Shown here piece after piece: positions 8,429 through 17,747 of a DNA stretch of 24,859 nt. Source of the DNA: a virus (taxonomy: Duplodnaviria; Caudoviricetes); the IMG/VR virus record IMGVR_UViG_3300022181_000122, positions 1 to 24,859 of that record. The stretch is one strand, 5' to 3'. Position numbers and translations under genes: made by a program. Every line of letters starts with the position of its first letter. The first letter of the stretch is position 1. A model generated the notes under the pieces. It was not told the origin of the DNA. It ran no database searches and saw nothing but the letters and a program-made list of their open reading frames with translations.

Positions 8429-9307
8429 ATGGCCACAATTGGCTTAGACAATCTCTTTTATGCCAAAATCACAGAAGACTCAAACGGCAATGAAACTTAC
8501 GCAACTCCAATCCCCCTCGCCAAAGCCATGACCGCGAATCTACAAATCAACACCATCGAAGGTAAACTCTACGCAGATGATGTGCTAGACACCCTCTTAA
8601 GAGAGTTCAGCGATGGCACGATCAGCTTTGGTATTAAAGACATCGGACCCACCATTGCTGCCGATTTGACCGGTGCAGTCATAGATTCCAACGGGGTCTT
8701 AGTTTCGACCAACGACCAGCAAGCAAGCCCGGTAGCGATTGGCTTTCGCTCCAAGAAATCCAGCGGGAAATATCTCTATCTTTGGCTTTACCGAGTCCTG
8801 TTTGGCATCCCGGCCGAAGCGTATGAAACCAAAGGCAACGCTATTAATTTCCAAACACCCACCCTCGAAGGTGTTATCTTACGACGTAATAAGTTGGATG
8901 GCTTAAGCAAGCACCCTTGGCGAGCACAAGCTGATCAGGATAATACGTCCATACCGCATCTGGTCTTTAGTAACTGGTTCGCTTCCGTGTATGAACCGGA
9001 TTATACCAGTGCACCAGTCATTCAGATCACAAGCCAGCCTGCTGCTTTAACGGAACTTACTGAGGGCTCGATCAGTGGAAGCTTATCTGTAACAGCGACG
9101 AGTACTGCTGGGACGCTGTCTTATCAATGGTTTGTCAATGCCCTGAATAGCAACTCAGGTGGAAGTTTGATTCCATCCGCAACTCAAGCCAGCTTCACGA
9201 TTCCAACCAGTTTAATAGAAGGAAGTTACTTCTACTACTGCGTGCTGACAGCTGGGGTGCGGCAAGTCACTTCCAACGTAGCTCAAGTAACAGTGGCAGG
9301 TGCATAA
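8429..9307 (+). CDS. Major tail (tube) protein, phi13-like, with C-terminal Ig-like domain
   Basis: MATIGLDNLFYAKI, LYADD, VAIGFRSKK; C-terminal ITSQP...LSYQWF...YYCV...SNVAQVTV is an Ig-like pattern. Confidence 0.9.
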   Translation: MATIGLDNLFYAKITEDSNGNETYATPIPLAKAMTANLQINTIEGKLYADDVLDTLLREFSDGTISFGIKDIGPTIAADLTGAVIDSNGVLVSTNDQQASPVAIGFRSKKSSGKYLYLWLYRVLFGIPAEAYETKGNAINFQTPTLEGVILRRNKLDGLSKHPWRAQADQDNTSIPHLVFSNWFASVYEPDYTSAPVIQITSQPAALTELTEGSISGSLSVTATSTAGTLSYQWFVNALNSNSGGSLIPSATQASFTIPTSLIEGSYFYYCVLTAGVRQVTSNVAQVTVAGA

Positions 9308-9308
9308 C

Positions 9309-9683
9309 ATGATCGATGATTCAAGAGTGACCTATCTCGTCTTAGGCAAAGAGAAGCTTCCTCTCCTCTTAACATTGAAAGCGACCCGCGATATTGCTAC
9401 TCGGTATGGAGGGTTGGAGGAATTAGGTAACAAGATGCTGGAGAGCATGGATTTGAACGGAATGATCGACGAGATCGTTTGGTTAATTGTTATCTTAGCC
9501 AATCAATGTATCCTCATCGAAAACCTAGAGAACAAAACCAATAAACCTCTGTTAACAGCAAATGAGTTGGAATTGAAAATGGACCCTTATGATATGACCA
9601 GTTATCGAGAAGCAATTCTGGCTGCTTTACAAGCGGGTCAAAGACAACATGTGCAAAGTGAAGAAGAACCAAAAAACGCCTGA
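9309..9683 (+). CDS. Tail assembly chaperone (gpG-like)
   Basis: Between major tail and TMP; ends EEPKNA over a slippery heptamer. ATG 9309 preferred over GTG 9300. Confidence 0.8.
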   Translation: MIDDSRVTYLVLGKEKLPLLLTLKATRDIATRYGGLEELGNKMLESMDLNGMIDEIVWLIVILANQCILIENLENKTNKPLLTANELELKMDPYDMTSYREAILAALQAGQRQHVQSEEEPKNA

Positions 9684-9880
9684 GCCGGGTAAGCGATTCT
9701 GAAACGTTTGCCCGGCTCCTCTTTTGTGGTGTCACCCAGCTCTTACGATCAGAACGCGAGGTTTGGTTAATGCCTTTAGGTCATCTATTGGATCAGCGTG
9801 AGATCTACGAGCAACTGCAGGGCTGGAAGAAACCTAAGCAAGAATTTTTCATCGATAGCATTTTGAGAGATGTGTTGTAG
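9671..9880 (+). CDS. -1 frameshift extension of the tail chaperone (gpGT-like), not in the ORF track
   Basis: A AAA AAC at 9671-9677; the -1 frame stays open (RLSRVSDSETFARLLFCGVTQL...FIDSILRDVL) to TAG 9878-9880, just before the TMP SD; 14-bp stem at 9682-9718. Confidence 0.8.
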   Translation, partial: KKRLSRVSDSETFARLLFCGVTQLLRSEREVWLMPLGHLLDQREIYEQLQGWKKPKQEFFIDSILRDVL

Positions 9881-9892
9881 GGAGGTGATGGA

Positions 9893-11773
9893 ATGAGCGA
9901 TCAGTTTGGCATTAAGATTGGTATCGAAGGTGAGAAAGAGTTTAAGAGTGCTCTACGCGAAATCGATGCTAATTTTAAAGTGCTTAGCTCTGAGATGAAA
10001 CTGACCCAGTCGCAGTTCGACAAAAACGATCAGTCCATGGCCGCCTTAACGGCTCGCAATCAAGTTCTGAACAAGGAAATCGATGCTCAAAAAGACCGAT
10101 TGAAGTTACTCAAAGAAGCTTTGCAAAACTCTGCTGCTTCTTTCGGAGAAAACGATGTTCGTACTCAAAACTGGACCATTAAGCTGAATAATGCTCAAGC
10201 CGTGCTGAACGGAATGCAACGTGAGGTCAAGCAAAACGAAACCTTACTCAATGATCTGGGAACACAGACAGCAGAAACGAGTAGCCTCATGGACCGCTTC
10301 AAGGGTTCGCTTGCTGCTGTCACTTCCACTGCTGCAGACGGAGAGTCGAAGTGGAGCAAACTGGGAGGAACTCTGAAGGCAGTAGGTGCCACGCTCGCGG
10401 CGACGTCTGCAGCTGTGGCAACTGCAGCTATGGCAACTGGAAAAGCCATCTTTGATATGGCCATGGAAACCACCAAAGCCGGAGATGAAGTGGATAAGAT
10501 GAGTCAGCGTTTAGGACTGTCTCGAGAAGGCTATCAAAAATGGAATTATGTGATGTCACAATCCGGCATCGATATCAATGCCACACGTACCGGAATGAAG
10601 AACCTCACCAATTTACTGGACGATGCAACGAAGGGTAGTAAAACCGCTGCGGATATGTTTTCCCGATTAGGATATAGTCTGTCCGAAGTGCAAGGTAAAA
10701 GCCAAGAAGAGATCTTTGAAATGTCGATTCGTGCCTTGCAGAATATGAGTAGCGAAACGGAACGAGCCGCTTTAGCCAATGATTTGTTTGGCAGAAGCGG
10801 CCAAGAAATGCTGCCTTTATTGAATACAACTTCTGAAGCAACCCAACAACTGCTCGATCGAGCCAGTCAGTTGGGTTTTGTGATGAGCGATGAAGCCGTT
10901 TCTGCTGCTGTGGTCTTTGGGGATTCCTTGGATGACTTAAAGTCGGCCTTTGCAGGTGTCAAAAACAGCATCATGGGAGATGTCTTACCCGGATTTAATC
11001 TGGTGGTAGAAGGATTAATCGGCCTATTAACCGGTGGTGAGAACGCCAGAGAGAAAATCAAAACCGGTGTGGCAGAAACGATTACTACCGTCAGAGATAT
11101 CCTACCTCAAATTAAGGAGATACTCCTTACAATCATCGATGTTGCTGCCGAGGTCATTCCGGAGATCATCCAATCCCTTGTTGGGTTCATCGTTGAGAAT
11201 TTACCTGAGATACTGAAAATAGGCACTGAAATTTTACTGAAACTGATTGGCGGTATCCTGCAAGCAATTCCTGAGATCGCGAAACAACTCCCAGCAATCG
11301 TGACGGCCATCGTAGATACCTTGATCTCCTTTGCTCCCCAGTTCAAGGAAATTGGTAAAGACATCGTGCGAGGCATTTGGCAAGGCATCTTGGGATTAGG
11401 TACTTGGCTAAAGGAAAAGATGAACGATTTCTTTGTCGGTATCGTAGGTGGTATTAAAGGCTTGCTTGGCATACGATCACCCTCAAAAATCTTCGCTGGG
11501 ATTGGAGAAAATATGGCAGCGGGATTAGGCTTAGGTTTCAGCGAGCAGATGAAGCAAGTTAGAAATCAGCTGAATAACGCGATTCCTCAAAGTAATTTCG
11601 ATTTAGGATTGAACAAAAACCTGATAAACAGCACATCCACTTCAGGTGATGCTTTGATCATGGTCAATGTTCCGTTGTCTCTTGATGGAAAAATCATCAC
11701 CACGAGTACAGGTAAAGTGCAGTATAGTCGTAATCAATCCTATGCCAGAGCCTTGGGGGTGATTCCGGTATGA
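9893..11773 (+). CDS. Tail tape measure protein
   Basis: GIKIGIEGEKEFK N-terminus, long helical Ala/Leu-rich body, LFGRSGQEMLPLL, LLGIRSPSKIF. Confidence 0.9.
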   Translation: MSDQFGIKIGIEGEKEFKSALREIDANFKVLSSEMKLTQSQFDKNDQSMAALTARNQVLNKEIDAQKDRLKLLKEALQNSAASFGENDVRTQNWTIKLNNAQAVLNGMQREVKQNETLLNDLGTQTAETSSLMDRFKGSLAAVTSTAADGESKWSKLGGTLKAVGATLAATSAAVATAAMATGKAIFDMAMETTKAGDEVDKMSQRLGLSREGYQKWNYVMSQSGIDINATRTGMKNLTNLLDDATKGSKTAADMFSRLGYSLSEVQGKSQEEIFEMSIRALQNMSSETERAALANDLFGRSGQEMLPLLNTTSEATQQLLDRASQLGFVMSDEAVSAAVVFGDSLDDLKSAFAGVKNSIMGDVLPGFNLVVEGLIGLLTGGENAREKIKTGVAETITTVRDILPQIKEILLTIIDVAAEVIPEIIQSLVGFIVENLPEILKIGTEILLKLIGGILQAIPEIAKQLPAIVTAIVDTLISFAPQFKEIGKDIVRGIWQGILGLGTWLKEKMNDFFVGIVGGIKGLLGIRSPSKIFAGIGENMAAGLGLGFSEQMKQVRNQLNNAIPQSNFDLGLNKNLINSTSTSGDALIMVNVPLSLDGKIITTSTGKVQYSRNQSYARALGVIPV

Positions 11774-13371
11774 GCAAATTGATCTTCTGCGATGCTTCCC
11801 TAGTCCCTTTAGCGACCTTGAAAGCTGCAGTTTCAGCAAAACGCACTGAGCGCTTGAATGGTGAAAACACCCTCGACTTCGTGTGTCCTGCTAGAGATGC
11901 TGCCGTAGAACATTTGAATGAAAACACGATTGTCTCTTTGGATGGGGATTATTTTGATGTCGTCTTCCTACGACGGGAGCAACTGAGTAATGGCTGGATG
12001 CAGGTTTCTGCGGAGTGCGAGCATGTTAGTTATCGATTGAACAACCCGGAATATCACTTGCAGTATTTTACTATGTCTAATACACCGGGAGCCATTCTTG
12101 CAGCCCTCTTAAGTGGAACAGGATTTTCTGTGGGAACAGTTGAGTTTAGTTCTGTGACCACCTTCTCTTTGCAGGAAGCATGTTCCAGAAAAGCGGCCGT
12201 GCGATTGTTTGCTGAATATCTGCAAGCTGAGTTGGTCTTTCAAGGATTTCAGGTCAACCTAGTTCAGCAGCGCGGAAGCACTACACCGAAAGAACTGAGA
12301 GTAGGTAAGGAAATCACGGTCATTTCTCAAAGCATTAATAAAAGACAAAAGGACAACTCAGGAAATCCGCTTATCTCCATCGACTGTGGTGTGTATCGGG
12401 GAACTATTCTTGCATTGGGAGATGTGGTGGAGTTAGATTATCCATCCTTGAAAATCCAATCTACCTTGCGCATCGTTAGTCTGAGTTATGACCCATATAA
12501 CCCAGCCAATCTCTCGATTGAAGTCGGTAACTTGGCATCGCGCTTAGAGAACGATCTATATCGCATTGAGACCCAAACCGTAGCAAAAGAAAAAGTCTAT
12601 AACGGCACTCGCATTGGCCCTTCTGAAGGATTCGTGGTAGAACGCAGCGATGGTAAGGCTCGAACCGTAATGAATGCGACCGAAGGCATTAGCGTCTATA
12701 GCGATGAAGGTTCCGGCTTGGAACGTCAGTTCTATGTCGATACCAATGGTCGCATCATTGCCCGAGCCTTGGATATTGCCGGTGATTCCACCTTTGGGGG
12801 AACTGTAAAAGCTAGTCAGCTCTTGATCGGTGGAGTCAATGGGAATATCTCTTTTAATCAATTAACTGACACACCTACATATCCAGATGATGCCTACATC
12901 ACGCAAATCACCCGTAACACCATTACAACCGGTTATGTCAATGCACTCAGTGTTACCGCCGGGTCGGTAGCTGCTGAGAATCTTACCGGGAGCACCATTA
13001 CAGGAAAAATGATCAACGGTGGTATTTTAACCGGAGCTCTAGTCCGCACCTCTGCGAGTGGGGAGCGAATTGAAATGGATAGTTATAACCGTTTCCAATT
13101 CTACGACACTACCGGAACGGTTGTTGGCTCAATACGACTGGAAAACGGTTATTTGAAACTATATACTACCAACGGTCAAAAAATCCAAATTCAATCCGTC
13201 GGTGCCAACATGTCCATCGGTGCTTACGGCACTGGATATAAACTCTTTATTGACAGCACCATGGACTTAGGGGGTAACAGCATCCTAAATGTTGGCAATA
13301 TGCTCACTACCAGTCAGATCAATACTGCGATTGCTAATGCCATTGCAGCACATGTCAGTCAATACCATTGA
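11770..13371 (+). CDS. Tal-like tail hub/spike protein
   Basis: ERLNGENTLDF N-terminus, CEHVSYRL, LGDVVEL..RIVSLSYDPYNP..IEVGN; beta-rich C-terminal extension. Confidence 0.75.
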   Translation: MSKLIFCDASLVPLATLKAAVSAKRTERLNGENTLDFVCPARDAAVEHLNENTIVSLDGDYFDVVFLRREQLSNGWMQVSAECEHVSYRLNNPEYHLQYFTMSNTPGAILAALLSGTGFSVGTVEFSSVTTFSLQEACSRKAAVRLFAEYLQAELVFQGFQVNLVQQRGSTTPKELRVGKEITVISQSINKRQKDNSGNPLISIDCGVYRGTILALGDVVELDYPSLKIQSTLRIVSLSYDPYNPANLSIEVGNLASRLENDLYRIETQTVAKEKVYNGTRIGPSEGFVVERSDGKARTVMNATEGISVYSDEGSGLERQFYVDTNGRIIARALDIAGDSTFGGTVKASQLLIGGVNGNISFNQLTDTPTYPDDAYITQITRNTITTGYVNALSVTAGSVAAENLTGSTITGKMINGGILTGALVRTSASGERIEMDSYNRFQFYDTTGTVVGSIRLENGYLKLYTTNGQKIQIQSVGANMSIGAYGTGYKLFIDSTMDLGGNSILNVGNMLTTSQINTAIANAIAAHVSQYH

Positions 13372-13390
13372 TGAGGGGGAAACGGAAGCC

Positions 13391-13735
13391 ATGATTATCC
13401 ATTACTATAACATCTCCATGACGAGAGGAGATACCGCATCCCTGATCGTAAAAATGCGAGATCTTGAGGGCAATCCCGTTCCCTTTCAACCTGGAGACTT
13501 GGTCTATTTTACCATCAAGAAATCTGCAGATGTGGTGGAGAAAGTCTTACAGAAACAGATCACCGAATTCGTGGATGGCAATGCGGAGATATACATTTTG
13601 CACGAGGATACCAAGGATTTAGCAACCGGTGATTATGTCTACGACATTCAAGTCAATCGGATCGAAAATCAATCGGTCACTACTATCATCCCTCCCAGTC
13701 GCTTTAGCTTAAGTAAAGAGGTGACCTATGAGTGA
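13391..13735 (+). CDS. BppU-like baseplate/fibre adaptor protein
   Basis: ISMTRGDT...FTIKK...HEDTKDLATGDYVYDIQV pattern; ATG 13391 after GAGGGGG. Confidence 0.6.
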   Translation: MIIHYYNISMTRGDTASLIVKMRDLEGNPVPFQPGDLVYFTIKKSADVVEKVLQKQITEFVDGNAEIYILHEDTKDLATGDYVYDIQVNRIENQSVTTIIPPSRFSLSKEVTYE

Positions 13736-14126
13736 GGTAAACATCATCGGGATCATCGAATCCAAGACCTTAGAAATCCAAGTAGAGATCATCGGAAGTG
13801 GGCCAAGAGGGCCCCAAGGACCACCGGGTGAGATCTATGTTCACCCTGCTACTCATCCGGCAGAGATGATCGTTGAATCAGAAGAGCGCGTCTTCTTGAG
13901 CAATCAAGAGAAGACAGCGCTCTTATCTTTTACGGAATCGTATGTGCATGACCAGATAGCTTCCAGTGCAACTTGGACAGTTATGCACAATTTGAATAAA
14001 TATCCCAACGTGACCATCCTTGATTCGGCAGGGACTTTGGTGATCGGTGAGATTGAGTATATCAGTAAGAACATCCTAGTTCTCCGCTTTGCTGCAGAGT
14101 TTTCAGGTAAAGCGTACTTAAGTTAA
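13728..14126 (+). CDS. Short tail-fibre-associated protein with a collagen-like segment
   Basis: GPRGPQGPPG, YVHPATHPA, C-terminal WTVMHNLNKYPNVTILDS domain. Confidence 0.6.
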   Translation: MSEVNIIGIIESKTLEIQVEIIGSGPRGPQGPPGEIYVHPATHPAEMIVESEERVFLSNQEKTALLSFTESYVHDQIASSATWTVMHNLNKYPNVTILDSAGTLVIGEIEYISKNILVLRFAAEFSGKAYLS

Positions 14127-14141
14127 AGGGAGAGTGATTTC

Positions 14142-16346
14142 ATGAGGTATGAAACCAATATAGACCTAAATAAAAACGAACTGCAGAATGCAGCTCTACA
14201 AAAACTAACCGCTGCTCCCGCCACTCCGGTCAAGGGGCAGATGTATTTCAACACCACAGATAATCGTGCCTACTCTTACAATGGCACTGTTTGGGTAGCC
14301 ATGGACGCAGTCGATGCTCCCAGCGAGACCCCTACTACCTTAGGGTCTATTGTCAATGGAGCTGATGCGAAAACAACCCCAGTGGATGCAGACTTAATTC
14401 CATTAGTGGACAGTGCAGCATCGAATCTCTTAAAGAAGCTGACCTGGGCTAACGTGAAAGCTACTGCCAAAACCTATTTTGATACTCTCTACGCCGCAAT
14501 CTCTCATAACCATGATGCTTCTGCAATTAATGCTGGGACTTTACCAGTTGCCCGAGGGGGTACAGGGGTCACCAGTGTGGGTGCACTGATGGCGAGCATG
14601 GGAATTATTGAGGGAATTTGCTCTACCGCATACGGAACCAATCCAAAAGTAGTATCATTTGCTGTCAACCCAGTAACCATGAACCCTGGTTCAGTTTTTG
14701 CTATCAAATTTGAAGCGGGTGGAATCCCAGGGGGCTCGGCATTACGAATTAACTCCACGGATTATCCAATCTTAACACAAACTAATGGTTACACTAATAT
14801 TGCAACTGGAGAAGCTCCAAGCCCAGGGACTTATCTGTTTGCTTATATTCCCACTCCTGCCGCTCATGTTGTTTTATTGAATCCGGCTCCCACTTTAGCG
14901 GAAACAAAATCGGTGGGAACGAACTCAAGCGCAATTGCGACCACCGCTTTTGTCAATGCCGAAATCGCCAATGACGCAGCTCCCATTGCTCATGTAGGCG
15001 CAATAGGTACCGCGCATGGTGTTGCTACAGGATCAGTGAACGGCTTCATGGCTTCAGCCGATAAAACCAAGCTGGATGGAATTGCAACCAGCGCAAACAA
15101 TTATGTTCATCCCAATCATTCTGGTGATGTGACTTCTAGCGGAGATGGAGCAACCAGCATTACAGATAATGCAGTAGTCAATTCAAAATTGGCAGATATG
15201 GCTGTGAACACCTTGAAAGGCCGAATCACCACCGGCACCGGTGATCCTGAAGATTTGACCGCAGCTAATGTTCGCTCGATTCTTAACGTCGCAGAAGGAG
15301 CGAATAATTATGTCCATCCCAATCATTCTGGGGATGTGACCTCTACCGGAGATGGTGCAACAGCAATCGCAGCGAAAGCGGTCACTCTCGCTAAAATGGC
15401 GGATATGGCTACAGCTAGTATCATTGGCCGAAAAACAGCTGCTTCGGGTTCCCCTGAAGTCTTATCCAAAGCAGATGTCCTTACCCTTTTAAATGTTGCA
15501 GATGGAGCGCAAGTCAATACGGTGACCAGTGTTGCGGGGAAAACCGGAGCTGTTACCTTAGTCAAAGGTGATGTCGGCTTAGGCAATGTGACCAATGATG
15601 CGCAAGTCAAAAAACTTGCATCCTCGACCAATGGTAATATCCCGACTTGGAACGGAACCACCGGAGATGCTTTAGCTGCAGGATATTCTGTGGAAACCAC
15701 ACTCAGTGGAGCGAGCACAGCCATTCCTAGAGCCGATGCGGTTAAGGCTTATATCGATGGACTCTTAAGTGCCTCTGATGCGATGGTTTTTAAAGGGACT
15801 CTTGGAACCGGTGGAACCATTACCGCTTTGCCCACCACCTATTCTGCAGGCTGGAGTTACAAGGTTATTAATATTGGTACCTATGCTGGGAAAGTGTGCG
15901 AAATCGGGGATTTGATTATTGCCATCGTGGATCGCGCAGGAACCGGCAATGTTGATACCGACTGGATTGTGATTCAGACGAATCTTGATGGAGCTGTTAT
16001 TGGACCGGCATCCGCGACCGATGGAACCTTGCCTTTGTTTAATGGGACATCCGGTAAATTACTTAGAACCAGTTCTTATACACCTGCGTCCTTTGCAACC
16101 GCAACGCACAACCATATTGGTAGTTATACACGTAAATACAGCTTGGCATTTGGGAATGGAACCTTGAGTACCTATGTTCTCACCCATAACCTGAATACCA
16201 GAGATTTAGTGGTTACATTGCGCGAAACTGCTTCCCCCTATGCTGTAGTGATGTGCGATATTGAATTTGATACGGTTAATACAGTAACAGTCAAGTTTGC
16301 CACTCCCCCTGCGACCAACCAATATACCATTACAGTCGTGGGTTAG
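14142..16346 (+). CDS. Tail fibre protein
   Basis: 734 aa, Ala/Thr/Gly-rich; GTLPVARGGTG, IATTAFV, DKTKLDGIA, VTSVAGKTGAVTL, DVGLGNV fibre motifs; internal repeat. Confidence 0.85.
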   Translation: MRYETNIDLNKNELQNAALQKLTAAPATPVKGQMYFNTTDNRAYSYNGTVWVAMDAVDAPSETPTTLGSIVNGADAKTTPVDADLIPLVDSAASNLLKKLTWANVKATAKTYFDTLYAAISHNHDASAINAGTLPVARGGTGVTSVGALMASMGIIEGICSTAYGTNPKVVSFAVNPVTMNPGSVFAIKFEAGGIPGGSALRINSTDYPILTQTNGYTNIATGEAPSPGTYLFAYIPTPAAHVVLLNPAPTLAETKSVGTNSSAIATTAFVNAEIANDAAPIAHVGAIGTAHGVATGSVNGFMASADKTKLDGIATSANNYVHPNHSGDVTSSGDGATSITDNAVVNSKLADMAVNTLKGRITTGTGDPEDLTAANVRSILNVAEGANNYVHPNHSGDVTSTGDGATAIAAKAVTLAKMADMATASIIGRKTAASGSPEVLSKADVLTLLNVADGAQVNTVTSVAGKTGAVTLVKGDVGLGNVTNDAQVKKLASSTNGNIPTWNGTTGDALAAGYSVETTLSGASTAIPRADAVKAYIDGLLSASDAMVFKGTLGTGGTITALPTTYSAGWSYKVINIGTYAGKVCEIGDLIIAIVDRAGTGNVDTDWIVIQTNLDGAVIGPASATDGTLPLFNGTSGKLLRTSSYTPASFATATHNHIGSYTRKYSLAFGNGTLSTYVLTHNLNTRDLVVTLRETASPYAVVMCDIEFDTVNTVTVKFATPPATNQYTITVVG
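15093..15506 (+). repeat. Two tandem 207-nt (69-aa) repeats within the tail fibre
   Basis: ANNYVHPNHSGDVTS(S/T)GDGAT...LNVA(E/D)G starting at 15093 and 15300. Confidence 0.85.
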
Positions 16347-16358
16347 GAGCGTGAATCA

Positions 16359-16811
16359 ATGCCTAAAGATCTTTCTCCTGGGATGATTAGTAAAAAAATG
16401 ACCGCTGAACAGAACCTAACGCTGTCAGCGGTCAATGAAAAAATAAATATCGATTCGAGTGCGTTCTCCGCGAACATTGTTATCCCTTGTGATACGGGAG
16501 TTGGAACAGTCTATTATAAGACCGCAACGGTCAACACTCATTTCGATATCTCACCAACTATGGTCAATGGTCCCATTGACGATCTGTTGGCTGTTGGTGA
16601 AATCAAGACCATTACAGCCATTATTACCATGGGAGCGTCGCCTTACAATTTCGCGGCTTTTCGGATTAATGGAGTCTCACAAACCATCAAGTGGGCAGGG
16701 GGTTCTGCACCCACTTTAGCACAAAATGCGCTGAATATTTTCACCTTCTCCATCATAAAGACGGCGGCATCAACCTATACAGTGCTTGGAACAATGACGA
16801 AGTTTGCTTAA
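16359..16811 (+). CDS. Putative fibre-tip connector/structural protein
   Basis: SD AGGAG; IKWAGGSAPT...IFTFSIIKT..TYTVLG resembles a domain often found at phage fibre C-termini. Confidence 0.55.
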   Translation: MPKDLSPGMISKKMTAEQNLTLSAVNEKINIDSSAFSANIVIPCDTGVGTVYYKTATVNTHFDISPTMVNGPIDDLLAVGEIKTITAIITMGASPYNFAAFRINGVSQTIKWAGGSAPTLAQNALNIFTFSIIKTAASTYTVLGTMTKFA

Positions 16812-16823
16812 GGGGTGTACTGG

Positions 16824-17732
16824 ATGAGCATGGTTTCTAGTTTTAATGGGGTCAGACGCTTTACTCCTCCAGGATCGGGTCTGTATCCCTTCACCAGTCA
16901 TGTCTTCACAAACTGTGGGGCTACAGGCCGATATGGCCCTACTTTGGCCCAGGTGCAAGCTGCATATAGTGGAGCAGCTTGGGCACAGAATACGGATTTT
17001 TTGAGCCAAGGAGCTTATCAGGGGTATCAGAAGTGGACAGTTCCTGAAACAGGACTCTATCTGATTGAAGCTATTGGGGCCGCTGGTGGGTATGCCACAA
17101 ACTACTCCAGTTATCCAGGTAGAGGAGCGAAAGCTCAAGCAACGATCCTTCTACAAATGGGCGAGTGTCTTATCATCGTAGTCGGACAATCAGGCGGGTA
17201 TGCTCCTTTGGTAGGAGGTGGAGGTGGAGGGACATTCGTCATCCGAGAAAGCGGTGTTATTCCATTGGTGGTAGCCGGTGGAGGTGGTGGCGCGCGTCAA
17301 AACTCAGACTATCGAGTGAACTATGGTGATGCATCCACGAGCACCGATGCTCGCAGCTTTTCACATTATCCTGACAATCGAGGATGTCCGGGTGCTGGAG
17401 GCTTTTCATCCAACGGTATGAACAGTTCCTATAGCGGCCAAGGAGCCCAAAGTTTTTATGCGGGGTTAGTGGGGTGCATGTATCCTGAATCCAATTCCGG
17501 TCTCGGTGGATTTGGTGGCGGGAGTTGCGGTGAATGGATTTATTGGGGTACTGCTGGACATGGAGGTGGCTTCTCCGGTGGAGCTCAATACAACTCCTAT
17601 GGAACAAATGGAGCCGGGGGTAGTTGTTCAGGCTATTATGGTTGCGGAGGTGGCTCTTATGCCACTGGTTCAAACATTGCATTCACTTCGGCAGTAGGAA
17701 CTGCTCATGGTTCCGTCAGCATTTCAAGATGA
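16824..17732 (+). CDS. Glycine-rich putative receptor-binding protein, ALK/LTK glycine-rich-domain-like
   Basis: FTNCGATGRYGPT, QKWTVP, GAAGG, VVGQ, GGGGGGTFV, PLVVAGGGGG, GGGFSGG, GGGSY; last structural gene before the lysis genes. ATG 16824 after AAGGGG preferred. Confidence 0.75.
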   Translation: MSMVSSFNGVRRFTPPGSGLYPFTSHVFTNCGATGRYGPTLAQVQAAYSGAAWAQNTDFLSQGAYQGYQKWTVPETGLYLIEAIGAAGGYATNYSSYPGRGAKAQATILLQMGECLIIVVGQSGGYAPLVGGGGGGTFVIRESGVIPLVVAGGGGGARQNSDYRVNYGDASTSTDARSFSHYPDNRGCPGAGGFSSNGMNSSYSGQGAQSFYAGLVGCMYPESNSGLGGFGGGSCGEWIYWGTAGHGGGFSGGAQYNSYGTNGAGGSCSGYYGCGGGSYATGSNIAFTSAVGTAHGSVSISR

Positions 17733-17747
17733 AAGAGAGGAAGGGAA

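Noticed and set aside
16824-17732. Diversity-generating retroelement target in the receptor-binding gene
   Set aside because: No reverse transcriptase in the window and no second copy of its 3' region differing at adenines was seen.
14142-17732. Invertible tail-fibre shufflon driven by the serine recombinases
   Set aside because: All fibre genes are on one strand, no inverted alternative C-termini or crossover repeats were found, and the recombinases are large integrase-type enzymes.
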